Assembly (NCBI GenBank): GCA_963666055.2
Contig: CAXWPH010000014.1
Span: 384,001-448,000 of the forward strand
DNA length: 64,000 bases
Direction: 5' to 3'
Source: Acidobacteriota bacterium
GTDB taxonomy: Bacteria > Acidobacteriota > UBA890 > WLXD01
The notes under the pieces are model-generated. The model was not told the DNA's origin. It made no database searches and saw only the letters and a list, made by a program, of their open reading frames with translations. The position numbers were made by a program, and so were the translations under genes. Of this stretch, positions 13,229 to 23,447 are shown in pieces. The stretch's first letter is position 1; each line of letters opens with the position of its first letter.

Positions 13229-14593
13229 ATGAAGCACGCGCTCATGGCCCTCGAACGCATGGGGTTGTCGACGGATCTGTACGAATTGACGATGGCGCAA
13301 GCGTTTCTCGCCGCCGACATCGTCGAGCGCCGGGCGACCTTCGACCTCAGCGTGCGAGCGCTGCCGACGGAACGCGGCTACCTGATCGCCGCCGGGCTCG
13401 AGCAGGCGCTGGCCTACATACGCGACCTGCGTTTCCGCCCCAAGGCGCTGGCCTATCTCGAGGGCTCGGGACACTTCTGCCAGGAATTTGTCGACTACCT
13501 TGCGTCGATGCGCTTCACCGGCTCGGTCGATGCCATACCCGAGGGGACGGTCTACTTCCCACCCGGCCCCTTGCTTCGAGTCACCGCACCGATCATCGAG
13601 GCGCAGATCCTGGAAACCTACCTGCTGACCACGATCACGTTTCAGTCCATGGTTGCCTCGAAGGCCTCACGCGTGGTCGGTGCCGCCGACGACCGGACAG
13701 TCATCGACTTCTCACCGCGGCGCGACCACGGACCTCAGGCCGGGCTGCTGGCAGCGCGGGCGTCGTACATTGGGGGCTGTGTCGGCACCTCCAACGTGCT
13801 CGCCAACGAACAGTTCGGGATTCCGATCTTTGGCACCATGGCGCACTCGTTCGTGATGTTTCACCGCGACGAAGAAGAAGCGTTCCGGGTGTTCTCGCGC
13901 TCCTACCCCAACGATCCCACCTTGCTCATCGATACATTCGACACGCTCGAGGGCGCACGAATAGCGGTAAGGCTGCTGCCCGAGTTGGCGACGCGCGGCC
14001 AACGCCTTGCCGCCGTTCGACTGGACTCCGGCGACCTGCTCAAGCTTTCCGTGCAGGTGCGCGAGATCCTCGACGCCGGCGGCGCCAGCGATACGCAGAT
14101 CTTTGCCAGCGGCGACCTCGACGAGCACAAGATCGCCACCCTGGTGGCCGACGGCGCCAAGATCGACGGTTTTGGAGTGGGCACCCAACTCGGCACCAGC
14201 GGCGACGCCCCGACCCTCTCGAGCACGTACAAGCTGGTCGCCTATGAGGGCAACGCCGGCAACGAGGTTCCGGTGATCAAGCTCAGTGCCGCCAAGATAT
14301 CGCTGCCTGGCCGCAAGCAGATATGGCGTCGATACGACGATGACGGCAGGCTCATTGGCGACACCGTGGGGTTGGAGGACGAGGAACTGCCCGGCAAGCC
14401 ACTGCTGGTTCCGTATATGGCCAACGGCCGGCTGTTGCGGCGCGCTCCAGCGCTCGAGGAAATCCGCGCCCGAGCTACCGACCAAGTCGCCAGGCTCCCC
14501 GCCGGAGTCCGCAGGCTGCGCCAGCCGGAAGCTTATCCGGTAGAGATCTCTGTCCGTCTGGCGGCTCTGATGGAGCAGCTCCAGCGACGTTGA
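13229..14593 (+). CDS. pncB: Nicotinate phosphoribosyltransferase
   Basis: TDLYELTM, GTSNV, GTMAHS, LIDTFD, VRLDSGD, GFGVGT. Confidence 0.95.
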   Translation: MKHALMALERMGLSTDLYELTMAQAFLAADIVERRATFDLSVRALPTERGYLIAAGLEQALAYIRDLRFRPKALAYLEGSGHFCQEFVDYLASMRFTGSVDAIPEGTVYFPPGPLLRVTAPIIEAQILETYLLTTITFQSMVASKASRVVGAADDRTVIDFSPRRDHGPQAGLLAARASYIGGCVGTSNVLANEQFGIPIFGTMAHSFVMFHRDEEEAFRVFSRSYPNDPTLLIDTFDTLEGARIAVRLLPELATRGQRLAAVRLDSGDLLKLSVQVREILDAGGASDTQIFASGDLDEHKIATLVADGAKIDGFGVGTQLGTSGDAPTLSSTYKLVAYEGNAGNEVPVIKLSAAKISLPGRKQIWRRYDDDGRLIGDTVGLEDEELPGKPLLVPYMANGRLLRRAPALEEIRARATDQVARLPAGVRRLRQPEAYPVEISVRLAALMEQLQRR

Positions 14594-14778
14594 GACGATC
14601 GCCGGACGTGGCCATGGGAAGGGCACGTGGGCTACTTGGCACCAACCGCTGCAGGCGATTTGTGGGGCCGCCGGGTAGACAGTACGATGGACCTCGACGG
14701 GTGCGAGACGCCGCTCAACCTGCGAAGCCGAGGCGCTACCGATCTGTCGAGACCACCGCGCATGCACGGATGTGGGCC

Positions 14779-15930
14779 ATGACCGAGACGAAGGTCGAGA
14801 GCGAACCGAAGAAAGCCGCCGGGCTTGCCGGCATCGTCGCTGGCAAGTCGTCGGTGGGGTTCATCGACGGCAAGGTCGGAGACCTCCGTTATTTCGGTTA
14901 CGACATTCACGACCTCGCCGAGCACTCATCGTTCGAGGAAACCGTCTACCTGCTGTGGAACGGCGATCTGCCGTCGCGCGCCGACCTCGCCGACTTCACC
15001 ACGGTACTTGCCGCTCAGCGTACGGTGGACGCGGCCATCCTCGACTTCATTGCCGCCGTACCCCCCGACGTCACGCCGATGGGTCTGCTACGCACTGCAG
15101 TCTCGGCGCTGGGGCAGTACGACCCCGACGCCGAGGACATGTCCGTCGCCGCCAACAAGCGGAAGGCGGGGCGGCTAACGGCGCAGCTCGCCACCTTGGT
15201 GGCGGCGATTCACCGCAGCCGGCTGGGCCTCGAGACAATGGCACCGGACCCGGCACTCGGCCACGCCGCCAACTTCCTGTACATGCTGAACGGCGAGCGC
15301 GCCGACCAGGCCACGACGCGCGCATTGGACGTCGCGTTGGTGTTGCACGCCGACCACGGCTTCAACGCCTCGACGTTCTCCGCCAAGGTCACGGCAGCGA
15401 CACTCTCGGACATGCACTCGGCCGTAACCTCGGCGATCGGCACGCTGAAGGGCCCCTTGCACGGCGGCGCCAACCAGCGCGTGCGCCAGATGCTTGACGA
15501 TATCGGCACCGTGGAGCGAGTCGAGGAGTGGGTCGATGCCGAGCTCGAAGCGAAGCGAAAAATCATGGGATTCGGCCACCGTGTGTACAAAGTGGAGGAC
15601 CCACGAGCCCGTCATCTGCGCGAGCACGCGCGTGCGCTCCAGGGCACGCTAGACGGCAACACCGACCTGGTGGGGATCTCACAGCGATTGGTAGAGATCG
15701 TGGCGGAGCGCAAGGGCCTCGCCGTCAACGTCGATTTCTGGTCGGCTAGCCTGTACTCGTACCTAGGGGTTCCCCCCGACCTGTTCCCGATGATCTTCGC
15801 CCTCTCGCGCATCTCCGGTTGGACAACGCATGTGATGGAGCAATACGCCGACAACAAGTTGATTCGCCCGCGCGCCGAGTACATCGGGCCTGCACATCGC
15901 GCCTACGTCCCCGTCGCCGAGCGCGGCTAG
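14779..15930 (+). CDS. gltA: Citrate synthase (or 2-methylcitrate synthase)
   Basis: LHADHGFNASTF, GPLHGGAN, MGFGHRVYK.EDPRA, NVDF, LIRPR. Confidence 0.9.
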   Translation: MTETKVESEPKKAAGLAGIVAGKSSVGFIDGKVGDLRYFGYDIHDLAEHSSFEETVYLLWNGDLPSRADLADFTTVLAAQRTVDAAILDFIAAVPPDVTPMGLLRTAVSALGQYDPDAEDMSVAANKRKAGRLTAQLATLVAAIHRSRLGLETMAPDPALGHAANFLYMLNGERADQATTRALDVALVLHADHGFNASTFSAKVTAATLSDMHSAVTSAIGTLKGPLHGGANQRVRQMLDDIGTVERVEEWVDAELEAKRKIMGFGHRVYKVEDPRARHLREHARALQGTLDGNTDLVGISQRLVEIVAERKGLAVNVDFWSASLYSYLGVPPDLFPMIFALSRISGWTTHVMEQYADNKLIRPRAEYIGPAHRAYVPVAERG

Positions 15931-16197
15931 CTCGCGGCGAGCGGTGTCGAGACACCCTCGCATTGCGGCCACGGTGACCCGGTCTCGCCGCAGTTGGCCG
16001 ATCCCAGAACATTCAAGTCTCCCCGGAGCGGGGCGCTCATGGTCGATTGGTGCGGTTCGCGCTAAGCTTGCATACGGAGGGGGCGCTGTTGGGCTCGTCT
16101 ATTCACGAAGCTGTCCCGTCTAAGCCAGCAGAACCGGGGTCACTCTCCCCGCACCGAACCACGCGACCATGAATCTTTCTCGAGGAGGACAGCGCAA

Positions 16198-17829
16198 ATG
16201 AGCATCTGGAACACGACCGGACGCCTGGCCGCCACCGTCACGCTAGTCGGCGCGGGGCTGCTCCTGGGGTTGTCGATGGCTGGGAGCACGTCCGCCGTCG
16301 GTACCATGACCCAGCAAACGCAAAACGCCGTGGTCAGAGACGCTCCCATGCCGGACATGGTGCCGCAGGGGCTGTTCGTCGACGTTGCCGATCAGACCAG
16401 CCGCGCGGTGGTCTTCATCGAGGCCGAGCGTCCGCAGCAGCATCGAGCCACGGGCGGTCGCTTCAACGACTTCTTCGACAACTTCTTCGGCCGTGATCGC
16501 GACCGCGATGACGAGGAGCCCGAGCAAGACGAGTTCCAATTCGACGATCGTGCCCGGAGCCAGGGCTCCGGTGTGCTCGTCACTGCGGACGGCTACATCC
16601 TCACCAATGCGCATGTCGTGTCGGTGCTGAACACCGAGACCGCGGCGACCGACCTGGCCAGCTCGGTGCGGGTCACTCTGGCCGACGATCAGATCTTCGA
16701 GGCATCGATCATCGGTGCCGACCTGGGCACCGACATCGCCTTGCTCAAGATCGACGCGCTGCACCTTCCTTTCGTCCCGCTCGGCGACTCGGACCTGGTG
16801 CGAGTGGGCGAATGGGTGATGGCTATCGGTGCCCCGTTCGGGCTGCAGAACACCGTCTCCGCCGGCATCGTTTCGGCGCTCGGCCGCGCCAACCTCGGCG
16901 GTATGGCTCAGACGGCGTACCAGAACTTCGTGCAGACCGACGCGGCGATCAACCCGGGCAACTCGGGCGGACCGTTGGTCAACCTGCGCGGCGAGGTGGT
17001 GGGAATCAACACAGCGATCGCCACCGGGGGTGGCTTCAACCCGACCTTCAGCGGCGTGGGTTTCGCGGTCCCTGCCAACTTGGCTGGCCGAGTGATGGAC
17101 CAACTACGCGAGCATGGTCACATCATCCGCGGCTACTTGGGCGTCACCGTACAGGCGTTATCGCGTGACCTGATCGAAGGCTATGGGCTGGATCCCATGG
17201 TACGCGGCGCCATCATCAACACGGTCACTCCCGATGGTCCGGCGCTCGAGGCCGGCGTGGAGCCGGGCGACATCGTTGTCGGCACCGATGACGTTCCGCT
17301 GGAGAGCCAGCCGGACTTCCTACAGCGGGTCGCCAACAAGGCACCGGGCGAGGAGCTCGTGCTCAACGTGCTGCGCAACAACGAGGACGGCTACGACGAG
17401 GTCGATATCCCCGTGTTGCTTACCGAGCGTCCCGACGAGGCCGAGATTCTGGCCGGCCGGCTGAACAGTGGACGCGACGGTAACGATCGCGGCGATCGCG
17501 ACTCGCCAGACGACCGCGGGTCGATGAGCGGCCGCCGGCTGGGTCTACGGGTGATCGAGCTCACCGGTCGGCTGACGCGCCAGCTCGACCTTCCCTCCGA
17601 GGTCGACGGCGTGGTGGTGACCAGCGTGGCCCCGAACAGCCCGGCAGCCCGAGCGGGTCTTGGTCAGGGCGACGTCATCCGCCGCGTCGGTCGCATCAGG
17701 ATCTCCAGTATCGACGAGTTCGACGATGCGATCTCGGCATACGGGGACGGCGACGCCATGTCGATCTACTTCTACGACAGCAGCAGCGGCAGCAGTATCT
17801 TCGCTGCGCTGCGCGTGCCACGCGAGTAG
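16198..17829 (+). CDS. degP: DegP/HtrA (Do) periplasmic serine protease with two PDZ domains
   Basis: GAGGAGG RBS; signal peptide; TNAHVV, DIALLK, QTDAAINPGNSGGPL; two PDZ domains. Confidence 0.93.
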   Translation: MSIWNTTGRLAATVTLVGAGLLLGLSMAGSTSAVGTMTQQTQNAVVRDAPMPDMVPQGLFVDVADQTSRAVVFIEAERPQQHRATGGRFNDFFDNFFGRDRDRDDEEPEQDEFQFDDRARSQGSGVLVTADGYILTNAHVVSVLNTETAATDLASSVRVTLADDQIFEASIIGADLGTDIALLKIDALHLPFVPLGDSDLVRVGEWVMAIGAPFGLQNTVSAGIVSALGRANLGGMAQTAYQNFVQTDAAINPGNSGGPLVNLRGEVVGINTAIATGGGFNPTFSGVGFAVPANLAGRVMDQLREHGHIIRGYLGVTVQALSRDLIEGYGLDPMVRGAIINTVTPDGPALEAGVEPGDIVVGTDDVPLESQPDFLQRVANKAPGEELVLNVLRNNEDGYDEVDIPVLLTERPDEAEILAGRLNSGRDGNDRGDRDSPDDRGSMSGRRLGLRVIELTGRLTRQLDLPSEVDGVVVTSVAPNSPAARAGLGQGDVIRRVGRIRISSIDEFDDAISAYGDGDAMSIYFYDSSSGSSIFAALRVPRE

Positions 17830-17850
17830 CGACTCCAGACCGCTAGTCGA

Positions 17851-17880
17851 CGGGCCACCAGGCACCCGCCTGGTGGCCCG
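17851..17880 (+). terminator. Probable intrinsic terminator of degP; left edge of the variable region
   Basis: Perfect 13-bp stem cgggccaccaggc/gcctggtggcccg with a 4-nt loop, followed by acttgctt. Confidence 0.7.
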
Positions 17881-17941
17881 ACTTGCTTACCGCGTGTCAA
17901 GAAAGAGTGAGGTACGCTAGGGTCGACCAAGGGAGAGTCCT

Positions 17942-18168
17942 ATGGGGATCGAGCTTGAGCTGTACGTTCTTCTGGTGGTTCTTGGCGTCGGCACATCGGT
18001 ATTCGCGGTCTTCGAGGTGGAGACCGCGCGATGGCGCAAGGTGCTGAAATGGCTCATCCTCAGCGCCGGAACGGTCGGTCTGTACTACGCCGTGGGGCAT
18101 CTCGCGCTGGTGTTCCCTCTGAGTCTCATGACCGTGGGCACCGTCGTCCACTTCTCGTGGTGCCGCCG
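17942..18168 (+). pseudogene. Small membrane protein, apparently 3'-truncated and running into the GNAT gene
   Basis: Three TM segments up to HFSWCRR, then an out-of-frame read of the GNAT coding sequence to 18304. Confidence 0.55.
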
Positions 18169-18182
18169 AGCTGATCGGGTAC

Positions 18183-18893
18183 ATGGTCGCTCATCCGCGC
18201 TTCTACGGTGTCGTCGCCGAGTCCGAAGGTCGGACTGTCGGCAGCAACTTCATGGACGAGCGGGGCGAGGTCTTCGGCCTGGGTCCGATCACCGTCGATC
18301 CTGAGTTTCAAGACAGGTCGGTCGGTCGCCAGCTGATGCAGCACATGATCGATCGGACGACCGACAAGGGCGCGCCGAGCGTTCGTTTGCTCCAAGCGGC
18401 ATACAACAACGGCTCGTTGTGTCTGTACCAGAAGCTCGGCTTCGACACGTGCGAGCCGATCTCCAATCTCTGCGGCGAACCGCTGGGAATCGAAATACCC
18501 GGTCATGTCGTTCGGAAAGCGGACCTGGCGGACGTGCCCGCGTGCAACGAGATTTGCAGGAACGTGCACGGTTTCGATCGCAGCGGCCAGTTGGAGGATG
18601 CGATCGGCCAGGGGGGCGCGTCGGTGGTCGAGTGCGACGGTGCCGTTACCGGCTATTCAACGGGGGTCCTTTTCTTCGAGCACAGCGTCGCGATGACCAA
18701 CGACGCTTTGAAGGCTCTCATCGGCGCGGCGTCCGAGATTCCCCACCCGGGGTTCCTGCTGCCGGCGCGTAACGGCGAAGTCTTTCGTTGGTGCCTGGAG
18801 AATGGCCTGCGCCAAACGCAGTTGATGACCTTAATGGCGCGCGGACAGTACAGAGAGCCTGCCGGACCGTACCTGTGTTCGATCCTCTACTAG
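18183..18893 (+). CDS. GNAT-family acetyltransferase, probably lacking its N-terminus
   Basis: GPITVDPEFQDRSVGRQLM acetyl-CoA motif; SLCLYQKLGF; the start lies mid-domain. Confidence 0.8.
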   Translation: MVAHPRFYGVVAESEGRTVGSNFMDERGEVFGLGPITVDPEFQDRSVGRQLMQHMIDRTTDKGAPSVRLLQAAYNNGSLCLYQKLGFDTCEPISNLCGEPLGIEIPGHVVRKADLADVPACNEICRNVHGFDRSGQLEDAIGQGGASVVECDGAVTGYSTGVLFFEHSVAMTNDALKALIGAASEIPHPGFLLPARNGEVFRWCLENGLRQTQLMTLMARGQYREPAGPYLCSILY

Positions 18894-18907
18894 GCTCGCG
18901 CTGGCGC

Positions 18908-19014
18908 GTGGTCATCGGGAGGATTCGCCTGAGCCGTTGGCCGCCTCTTGTCGGATCAACGTGCTGCTCAACTGGTTCGACGAGCTGAAGCGGCTCGTGC
19001 CGACGGAGCCGTAG
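18908..19014 (+). pseudogene. Orphan 3' end of a kinase-propeller gene (3' stub 1)
   Basis: Translates ..RINVLLNWFDELKRLVPTEP*, almost identical in nucleotides to the K3 end (29931-29975). Confidence 0.85.
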
Positions 19015-19095
19015 CGCCGCCAGGCGACCGGCCCGAACAGGGCCGTACGAAATCGATGGATCCAATGGGATCCGGCGCCGGCCAAGTCGACTCCG

Positions 19096-19157
19096 TTGGA
19101 TCTCACACGCTCCAGCGATAGGCTTCAGGCGCTCCCCCACCTCCCTTTGGTAGCGCC
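19096..19157 (+). promoter_or_regulatory. Repeated kinase promoter/leader module, copy 1
   Basis: TTGGAT-N17-TAGGCT-N33-ATG; shares cgataggcttcaggcgctc with the other copies. Confidence 0.65.
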
Positions 19158-21836
19158 ATGGAACCCGGCACCAAACTAGGCCCCTACGAAATCACCGAGC
19201 AGCTCGGTGCAGGCGGCATGGGAGAGGTGTACCTGGCGCAGGACACGCGGTTGGGCCGCAAGGTGGCCATCAAGGTGCTGCCCGCCGAGTTCGCCTCTGA
19301 CCCCGAGCGCCTCGCCCGCTTCGAGCAGGAAGCCCGCGCCGCCGCCGCCCTGAACCACCCGCACATCGCAGCCGTTCACGATGTGGGCGTCGAGGACGGC
19401 ACCCACTTCATGGTGCAGGAGTACCTGGAGGGAGACACGCTCCGGGAGCCGCTGGGAAAGGGTGCGCTACCGCTCAAGAAGGCGCTCGGTCTGGCCACTG
19501 AGATTGCCGAGGCACTCGCTGCTGCACACGCCGCCGGGATCATCCACCGGGATTTGTAGCCGGAGAACATCTTCGTCACCAAGGAAGGCCACGCCAAGGT
19601 GCTGGACTTCGGCCTGGCGAAGCTCACCGAGGTGGCGGGGGCAGGCTCACCGGGCGGTGCAACACAGTCACCCACGATGATGGGGACGGTTGCTGGTCAG
19701 GTGATGGGCACCGTCGGCTACATGGCCCCGGAGCAGGTTGAGGGCTCCGACAAGATCGATCATCGGGCCGACCTGTTCGCTTTCGGCTGTGTGCTCTATG
19801 AGATGGCGACTGGAGATCGAGCATTCGCCGGGCGCAGCATCGCCGAGACGCTGGCACACATCCAGCACGATGACCCGCCGCCGATTCAGGATTCCGAGCA
19901 GTCTCTGCCCGACGAGCTGCAACGCATCGTACGCAAGTCGCTCGCCAAGGAGCCCGCCAAGCGTTACCAGACAGCCGGCGACCTGGTCGTCGACATACAG
20001 GCGCTCGGTACAGACGTGGAGTCAGGTGCGGCACTTCCGGCAACCCCTGTCGCCCAGGACACGACACGCGGCATCCCCTGGAAGCTGGCAGCCCCTGTGG
20101 CCAGCGCCCTTCTGGCAGCTTTCGGAGTCTGGGTCACGACCCCGTCGCCGCCTGAGTCCATCGTTCGCCGCTTCTTCATCGACCATCCACCAGAAGCTAC
20201 TTTCCAGATGATTTCCACCCTCGGTGTTGCAATCTCACCCGATGGCAAGTCGGTGGTATTCAACGCCAACCGGCAGCTTTGGCTCCGAGCGATTGACGAT
20301 CCGGTAGCCACACCCATCCGTGGCACGGAGGGAGCCACAGTGCCGTTCTTTTCACCCGATGGCCAACAGCTCGGCTTTTGGGGAGGCGACGGCCAGATCA
20401 AGAGCGTTTCGATCACCGGTGGTACGCCGGTGTTGCTGGGGCCAGCGCCTGTGCGTGCCTACGGGGCGAGCTGGGGAGATGACGGCTACATCTACTTCGG
20501 GCAGGGTGCCGGAGGGATCTTGCGTGTCTCAGACAACGGCGGTGAACCACAGCTAGTCGTTCAGATGGAAGAAAGCGAGCAGGCCCACGGCCCACAACTT
20601 CTTCCCGGTGGCGAGTGGTTGCTGTTTACGCTGGCGAGCGGCTCCAACTCGTGGAACGGGGCGAGCATTGTTGCGCAGCCGGTCTCCGGCGGCGAGCGCA
20701 AGAAGCTGGGCATTGTCGGCACCGATGCCCGCTACGTACCCACCGGCCACATCGTCTATTCGCTCGCAGGCAACCTGTTCGCGGTGCCTTTCGATGCAGA
20801 CAGCATCGAGATTACCGGAGGACCGGTGTCGATCGTCGAGGGGGTCCAACAAGCGACCGGCATCACGGGAGCAAGCCAGTACTCCTTTTCGGATCGCGGT
20901 GGGTTGGTGTACATGCCGGGTGGTAGCGGCGCTTACCAGCTCGCCTGGGTGGGTCGTAACGGTCAAGTCGACCCGCTGCCCTTCGAGCCGCGTTCGTCTC
21001 TCAACTTGGACCTCTCGCCGGATGGCCAGCGCATCGCGCTCGAAATCCAGGGAGATGATGGGGAGTCCGACATCTGGATCTACGAGGTCGAGCGAGGAGG
21101 CAGCCAGGTGGTGCTGACCACGGCGGGCAACAACCAACATCCCGTTTGGTCGCCCGATGGAGAGTGGGTTTTCTTCAGGTCGGATCGGAGCGGCAATAAC
21201 GACATCTGGAAGCGGCGGGCTGACCGGAGTCTCGACGCCGAGCTGGTGTTGGATACAGAGGCTCCCGTCTCACCGTCGTCGATCTCGGCGGACGGTGCGG
21301 TGCTGCTGTTTGACAGCGGGGTCTTATCGAATCTCGACGTGGGGTTACTGGCTCTCGATACAGATCAGGAGCCGGAAATGCTCCTCGCTACCGCCGCCGA
21401 TGAGGACAGAGGCGATTTCTCGCCGGACGGTCGCTTCTTCGCCTTCCGGTCGAACGAGACCGGACAACCCTCGGTGTATGTACGGGAAGTGTCGAGCGGT
21501 CGGACATTTCCGGTCTCTACGAGTACCCGTGGTGGTGGTTACCCTCGCTGGTCGCGGGATGGAAGGGAGATTTACTACGGCGCCCTCGGAGCTGGTGGCA
21601 TCCTGGTTGCGGAAGTGACGATGGAGCCGTTTTCAGCATCCGACCCTCTCGAACTCTCAGCCACCCGCAGGCGTCGCTTCGTCAACTTCGATGTCACCGC
21701 CGATGGACAGAGGTTCCTGGTGACGGTGCCCGCTGGTAGTGATGAGACTGGCGCGCCGGCATACGGCACACGACTCAACGTCGTCCTCAACTGGTTCGAG
21801 GAATTGAACCGGCTAGTGCCGACGGGCGGCTCCTGA
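19158..21836 (+). pseudogene. K1: Ser/Thr kinase-TM-PD40/TolB-like beta-propeller protein with an in-frame TAG at 19557-19559
   Basis: [29 protein letters not shown]; TM; SPDG repeats; both ORF-track pieces are in the same frame. Confidence 0.9.
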
Positions 21837-21955
21837 TGGTCGGCAAGACGCTCGGCCACTACGAGATCCTCGCCCCGCTAGGTGCAGGCGGGATGGGCCA
21901 GGTGTACCGCGCACGCGACACGACGCTGGACGCCCTTGCGGCAGCGGGGGTGTAA
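21836..21955 (+). pseudogene. Kinase 5' stub translationally coupled to K1 (equivalent to the K5 start)
   Basis: MVGKTLGHYEILAPLGAGGMGQVYRARDTTLD, then homology ends at ~21931. Confidence 0.85.
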
Positions 21956-22010
21956 CCGATTGAATCGGAGGTGGGGTGGCCGAACCGCCGCGTCACCGCG
22001 GGAGGCCCTG

Positions 22011-22592
22011 ATGTTGAATGGCAAGCATTGTCGATTGGCATCGACCATGGCCGCGCTGGTGGTGTTGTTCGCCGCACCGGTCACGGCCGACACCATCTAC
22101 TTGAAGTCCGGCCGCATGCTTCATACGGACGAGGCCCGCGTCGAGGGCGATCGCGTGATCTTCACCCAGTTCGGCGCCACCGCTGCGCTGTCCATGGAGC
22201 TGGTTGACCGCGTCGAGGACAACGACGAGATCGGCCCGGTGCCGTCGCCGCCGATGCCCGTTCGTCCGGTGCCTTCTGCCGGCGAGGACGTGGCCGCGGA
22301 TACGGAAACGGTGGCCGAAACGCCGTTGGCCGAGGACACTCGCGAGTACTGGTTCGGGAAGCGGATGGCGATCCGCGACGAACGCGCCGAGTTGCGCGAT
22401 CTACTGGCCGGACCACTGGACGGAGGGCTGCGGCGCATGCGCCGCGCGATGACGTTCGGGCACTACAACCTCACCGGCATCAACGAGCGCATCCAGCGCG
22501 TCGAGGACCGGCTCGAGGAGCTCGACGAGGAGGAGCGGCGATTGCGTCGTGAGGCTCGCCGCCGCGGCATCCCGCCAGGCTGGCTGCGCTAG
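22011..22592 (+). CDS. Secreted hypothetical protein with a C-terminal coiled coil
   Basis: GGAGG RBS; signal peptide ending APVTA-DTIYLKSG; acidic linker; coiled coil ending GIPPGWLR. Confidence 0.7.
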   Translation: MLNGKHCRLASTMAALVVLFAAPVTADTIYLKSGRMLHTDEARVEGDRVIFTQFGATAALSMELVDRVEDNDEIGPVPSPPMPVRPVPSAGEDVAADTETVAETPLAEDTREYWFGKRMAIRDERAELRDLLAGPLDGGLRRMRRAMTFGHYNLTGINERIQRVEDRLEELDEEERRLRREARRRGIPPGWLR

Positions 22593-22669
22593 ATCACCCG
22601 CCGCACCGACGGCGTGAGGACGCGGCTGCCCGTCGAGCGGGGCTCGTCTACCAGCTGCATTGGCGGCCG

Positions 22670-22787
22670 TCATTCTGCTCGTGGAACCACTCCTGCATGG
22701 CAATCGTGCGGCACAGGAAGGAACCGGGTAAACATCGTCACCAACTGGTTCGAGGAGCTGAAGCAGCTCGTGCCGACGGACCCGTAG
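22670..22787 (+). pseudogene. Orphan 3' end of a kinase-propeller gene (3' stub 2)
   Basis: ..NRVNIVTNWFEELKQLVPTDP*; left boundary approximate. Confidence 0.85.
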
Positions 22788-22823
22788 CGCTGTCAGCCTA
22801 GTCTCGCAAGCAGCGCCAGCTCT

Positions 22824-23342
22824 CTATCTCGTCCCCGCATAACCCCTCAGGCCGTCATACACTTCGACTTGGGACGCTTCGAGCAGGCTCCCGACCGCCA
22901 GATGGGCGACCAGGTGCGCAAAACGCAGCCGACCGTAAAGCTCGGCGATTGATGCCGTGGACTCGCGCAGTGCCGCTTCATCGACGTGACGGTGTGCGAA
23001 CTGCATGTTGAGGTGCCGCTCGGCCTCGATGATCTGCTCGCCGAGGTCGCGGGCCCGTTGCTGCATCTCGGCGAAGATCTCCTCGGCTCGTGTCTGCTGC
23101 TCGGGTGTTAGCCCGAGCTCAGGGGCGAGTTCGAGGACGTGCTTGGGCCCCGGGAAGTGATTCAGCTCGGCTGGCCTGGCTAAGCCCATCCCGTCGCCGT
23201 TGCGTAGCTGCTCAAGTTCGGTCGGCGTGAGGGAGGGAATTTCGGACATCTCATGTGCGGCGTGGAGCGAGCGCGGGGACTGCTCCTGGGCGATTCCCGC
23301 AATGGGAGGCGCGATGACAAGGAAGATCAACCAAGTGCGCAT
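22824..23342 (-). CDS. Spy/CpxP-like periplasmic protein (heavy-metal-resistance type)
   Basis: Signal peptide; GMGLARPAELNHFPGPKHVLEL..LGLTPEQ; C-terminal LL..QV..YD.LRGY. Confidence 0.8.
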   Translation of the reverse strand: MRTWLIFLVIAPPIAGIAQEQSPRSLHAAHEMSEIPSLTPTELEQLRNGDGMGLARPAELNHFPGPKHVLELAPELGLTPEQQTRAEEIFAEMQQRARDLGEQIIEAERHLNMQFAHRHVDEAALRESTASIAELYGRLRFAHLVAHLAVGSLLEASQVEVYDGLRGYAGTR

Positions 23343-23425
23343 GTTTCCTCCGGTGTGAGGGCTACGTTGTTACAGTTCACTGGTGTCGTCTGGTCAAGAC
23401 GCTATTCGGCGCTGTGCGCCGTGTC

Positions 23426-23441
23426 TGGAACAAAAGTCACA
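23426..23441. promoter_or_regulatory. Possible CRP/FNR-family operator between the divergent genes
   Basis: TGGAA-caaaag-TCACA versus consensus TGTGA-N6-TCACA. Confidence 0.35.
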
Positions 23442-23447
23442 TTCACA

